Shown: one piece after another, positions 63,964 to 64,000 of the stretch
How the letters are laid out: every line of letters starts with the position of its first letter
How positions within the stretch are numbered: position 1 is the stretch's first letter
NCBI GenBank assembly: GCA_951406725.2
Contig: OX597836.1
Span: 29,574,001-29,638,000, forward strand
Source: Octopus vulgaris
Taxonomy: Eukaryota
DNA: 64,000 nucleotides
Direction of reading: 5' to 3'
Program-made: the position numbers and the translations under genes
The notes under the pieces: generated by a model
Databases searched by the model: none
Told to the model about the DNA's origin: nothing
The model's input: the letters and a program-made list of their open reading frames with translations, nothing else

Positions 63964-64000
63964 ACCAGCCATATCCAGCACAAATTTTCCAGCTGGTTTA

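Overview
This is AT-rich eukaryotic DNA packed with repeats. The tRNA-derived SINE families, dense (TA)n/(CA)n/(GATA)n microsatellites and overall repeat mix look like an Octopus (coleoid cephalopod) genome; this comes from my recall of these families, not a search. Most of the window is transposon debris: at least four SINE or SINE-like families (CORE-, Nin/Deu- and V-domain-like), a full-length dead mariner, a decayed pogo-type DDE_1 transposase, LINE fragments (RTE, RTE-X, CRE, HERO), hAT/Tc2/mariner/piggyBac-like MITEs and non-autonomous Helitrons, many nested with recognisable target-site duplications (TSDs). The only host coding signal I can support is a phase-compatible chain of three minus-strand exons (10195-10172, 9346-9301, 7211-7091) encoding the C-terminus of an unidentified protein. 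Most supplied ORFs come from microsatellites or SINEs. The most interesting signals are relics of Penelope-type minimal hammerhead ribozymes (one inside a 130-bp palindrome), two different hAT MITEs stacked in one triplicated 8-bp target, an RTE insertion with an inverted 5' segment, a SINE dimer with a single TSD, and alternating CpG-poor and CpG-rich domains. Boundaries of old repeats are approximate.
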